A DNA stretch of 64,000 nt from NCBI GenBank assembly GCA_964016885.1, contig OZ024740.1, positions 11,904,001 through 11,968,000 on the forward strand, given 5' to 3'. Made by a program: the position numbers and the translations under genes. Positions 62,594 through 64,000 of this stretch are shown here, piece after piece. The notes beneath the pieces are model-generated. The model was not told where the DNA came from. It was given only the letters and a program-made list of their open reading frames with translations, and made no database searches. Position 1 is the stretch's first letter, and the number at the start of each line of letters is the position of its first letter. Source of the stretch: Eledone cirrhosa. Its lineage: Eukaryota.

Positions 62594-64000
62594 CAACGAG
62601 ATTGTCACAACATGTGTGATGAATTCCCAGATCTCTTCAAGCAAGAATTGGGATGTCTTAATGACTTCGAACTGGAAGTGAAGTTCAAGTCGGACGCGAC
62701 ACCGGTCTTTCACAAGGCACGCCCGGTCCCGTTTGCTCTTCGTGATGACCTGGCCAAAGGTTATGAAGAAGGCATCGCCAAAGGAATCTGGAATCCAATA
62801 CAGTTCAACGAATACGGAACACCAGTGGTACCGATTCGTAAAGCACATACTTCAGGCAACCTGAAGCCCAAACTACGGATTTGTGGTGACTACTCTGTGG
62901 GAATTAATGACCAACTTGCAGATCATCGTCATCCAATGCCACTCCCAGAGGAACTGATGCAGAAGCTCGGAGGTGGATTCGGATACACAAAGATTGATCT
63001 TGCTGATGCCTATAATCAGATCAAGCTGGCTCCAGAAAGTCAACGCAGGCTTGCACTCAGCACTCACCGTGGGGTGCTCCTGCAGGAACGACTCCCTTTC
63101 GGAATCAAGTCAGCACCTGGTTACTTTCAGGAGATCATGGAAAACCTGACTCAAGATCTACCTGGTGTGGCCGTTTTCCAGGACGACATGCTCGTCAGTG
63201 GGAAAGATGCAAACGATCACCTGAACAACCTAAAGTGTCTGCTCACACGTCTGTGCGACAAAGGACTCAGATGTCGCCGTGACAAGTGCCAGTTTGCACT
63301 ACCCAGTGTGGAATACCTTGGACACACCTTGTCAGCTGAAGGGATCGCGAAGGGATCCAAGGTCGAAGCAGTTTTAAAGATGCCACCTCCAACGAACGTC
63401 TCAAGCTTGAAGTCTTTCCTGGGTTCAGTTCAGTTCTATGGAAAGTTTATCCCAAACCTGGCCAGCATGGCAGAGCCACTCTATTGCCTTACGAAAAAAA
63501 CGACTACTTGGAAGTGGGGAGATGAAGAACAGTCAGCTTTCAATCAGTTGAAAAATGTGCTTTCATCGGATCGAGTTCTGATACACTTCGATCCAAACAA
63601 AACTTTGGGACGGGCTTGCAACGCGTCAAACGTTGGTATTGGAGCAGTCCTGTTTTATCGCTATCCTGATGGAAGCGAGCGCCCAATATCCAATGTGTCC
63701 AAGACTCTTACTTCTGCACAGCGTAACTACGGCCAAATTCAAAAGGAAGCCCTGGCCATCATATTTGGCTTGCAGAAGTTCTATCAGTATCTGTACGGAC
63801 ATCAGTTTATACTCGTAACTGACCACAAGCCACTGACATCACTGTTCAGTCCGAGGATAGGGACGCCACTTCTCGCTGCTAACCGACTAGCACGGTGGGC
63901 CCTGTGGCTGAACGAGTTTGACTACACCATCGAATATCGGAAAACAGCGGATCATGGCAATGCAGATGCCCTCAGTCGCTTGCCATTTGGTAATGACATC
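62594..64000 (+). pseudogene. Pol: reverse transcriptase and RNase H, open to the window end
   Basis: KARPVPFALR, LRICGDY, KIDLADAYNQI, RLPFGIKSAPGYFQ, FQDD (63176-63187), RNYGQIQKEALAIIFG, TDHKPL, HGNADALSRLP. Second frameshift at ~62590. RNase H CDAS reads CNAS. Confidence 0.93.

Larger units (their letters stand above)
60742..64000 (+). mobile_element. Ty3/Gypsy LTR retrotransposon (K02A2.6/Mag-like), truncated by the window end
   Basis: LTR, PBS, gag, protease, RT and RNase H in Gypsy order. Confidence 0.95.

Overview
AT-rich, CpG-poor, repeat-saturated eukaryotic DNA. The SINE, RTE and MITE families look like those of a cephalopod, probably an octopus (inference from recalled repeat families). 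No intact host gene is recognisable, and almost all long ORFs in the track are stop-free readings of satellites. Contents: many tRNA-derived SINEs, RTE/CR1/CRE LINE remnants, two TTAA-flanked (piggyBac-type) MITE families, about 30 kb of micro- and minisatellites, and the 5' part of a frameshifted Ty3/Gypsy (K02A2.6/Mag-like) LTR retrotransposon running off the right end. The most notable structures are: (i) a 5.3-kb TA-flanked Tc2/pogo-type MITE whose subterminal motif has expanded into two oppositely oriented arrays, giving a foldback-like element (50498-55803); (ii) a 4-copy bipartite RTE-derived non-autonomous element (5'UTR-like head, C2H2 tail, 3' stem-loop) with a possible HDV-ribozyme remnant; (iii) a 24-bp copy of the Gypsy LTR-end/PBS junction inside gag; (iv) a CRE-clade endonuclease remnant; (v) degenerate Penelope-type hammerhead motifs. 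I see nothing I can confidently call a new protein-coding system.
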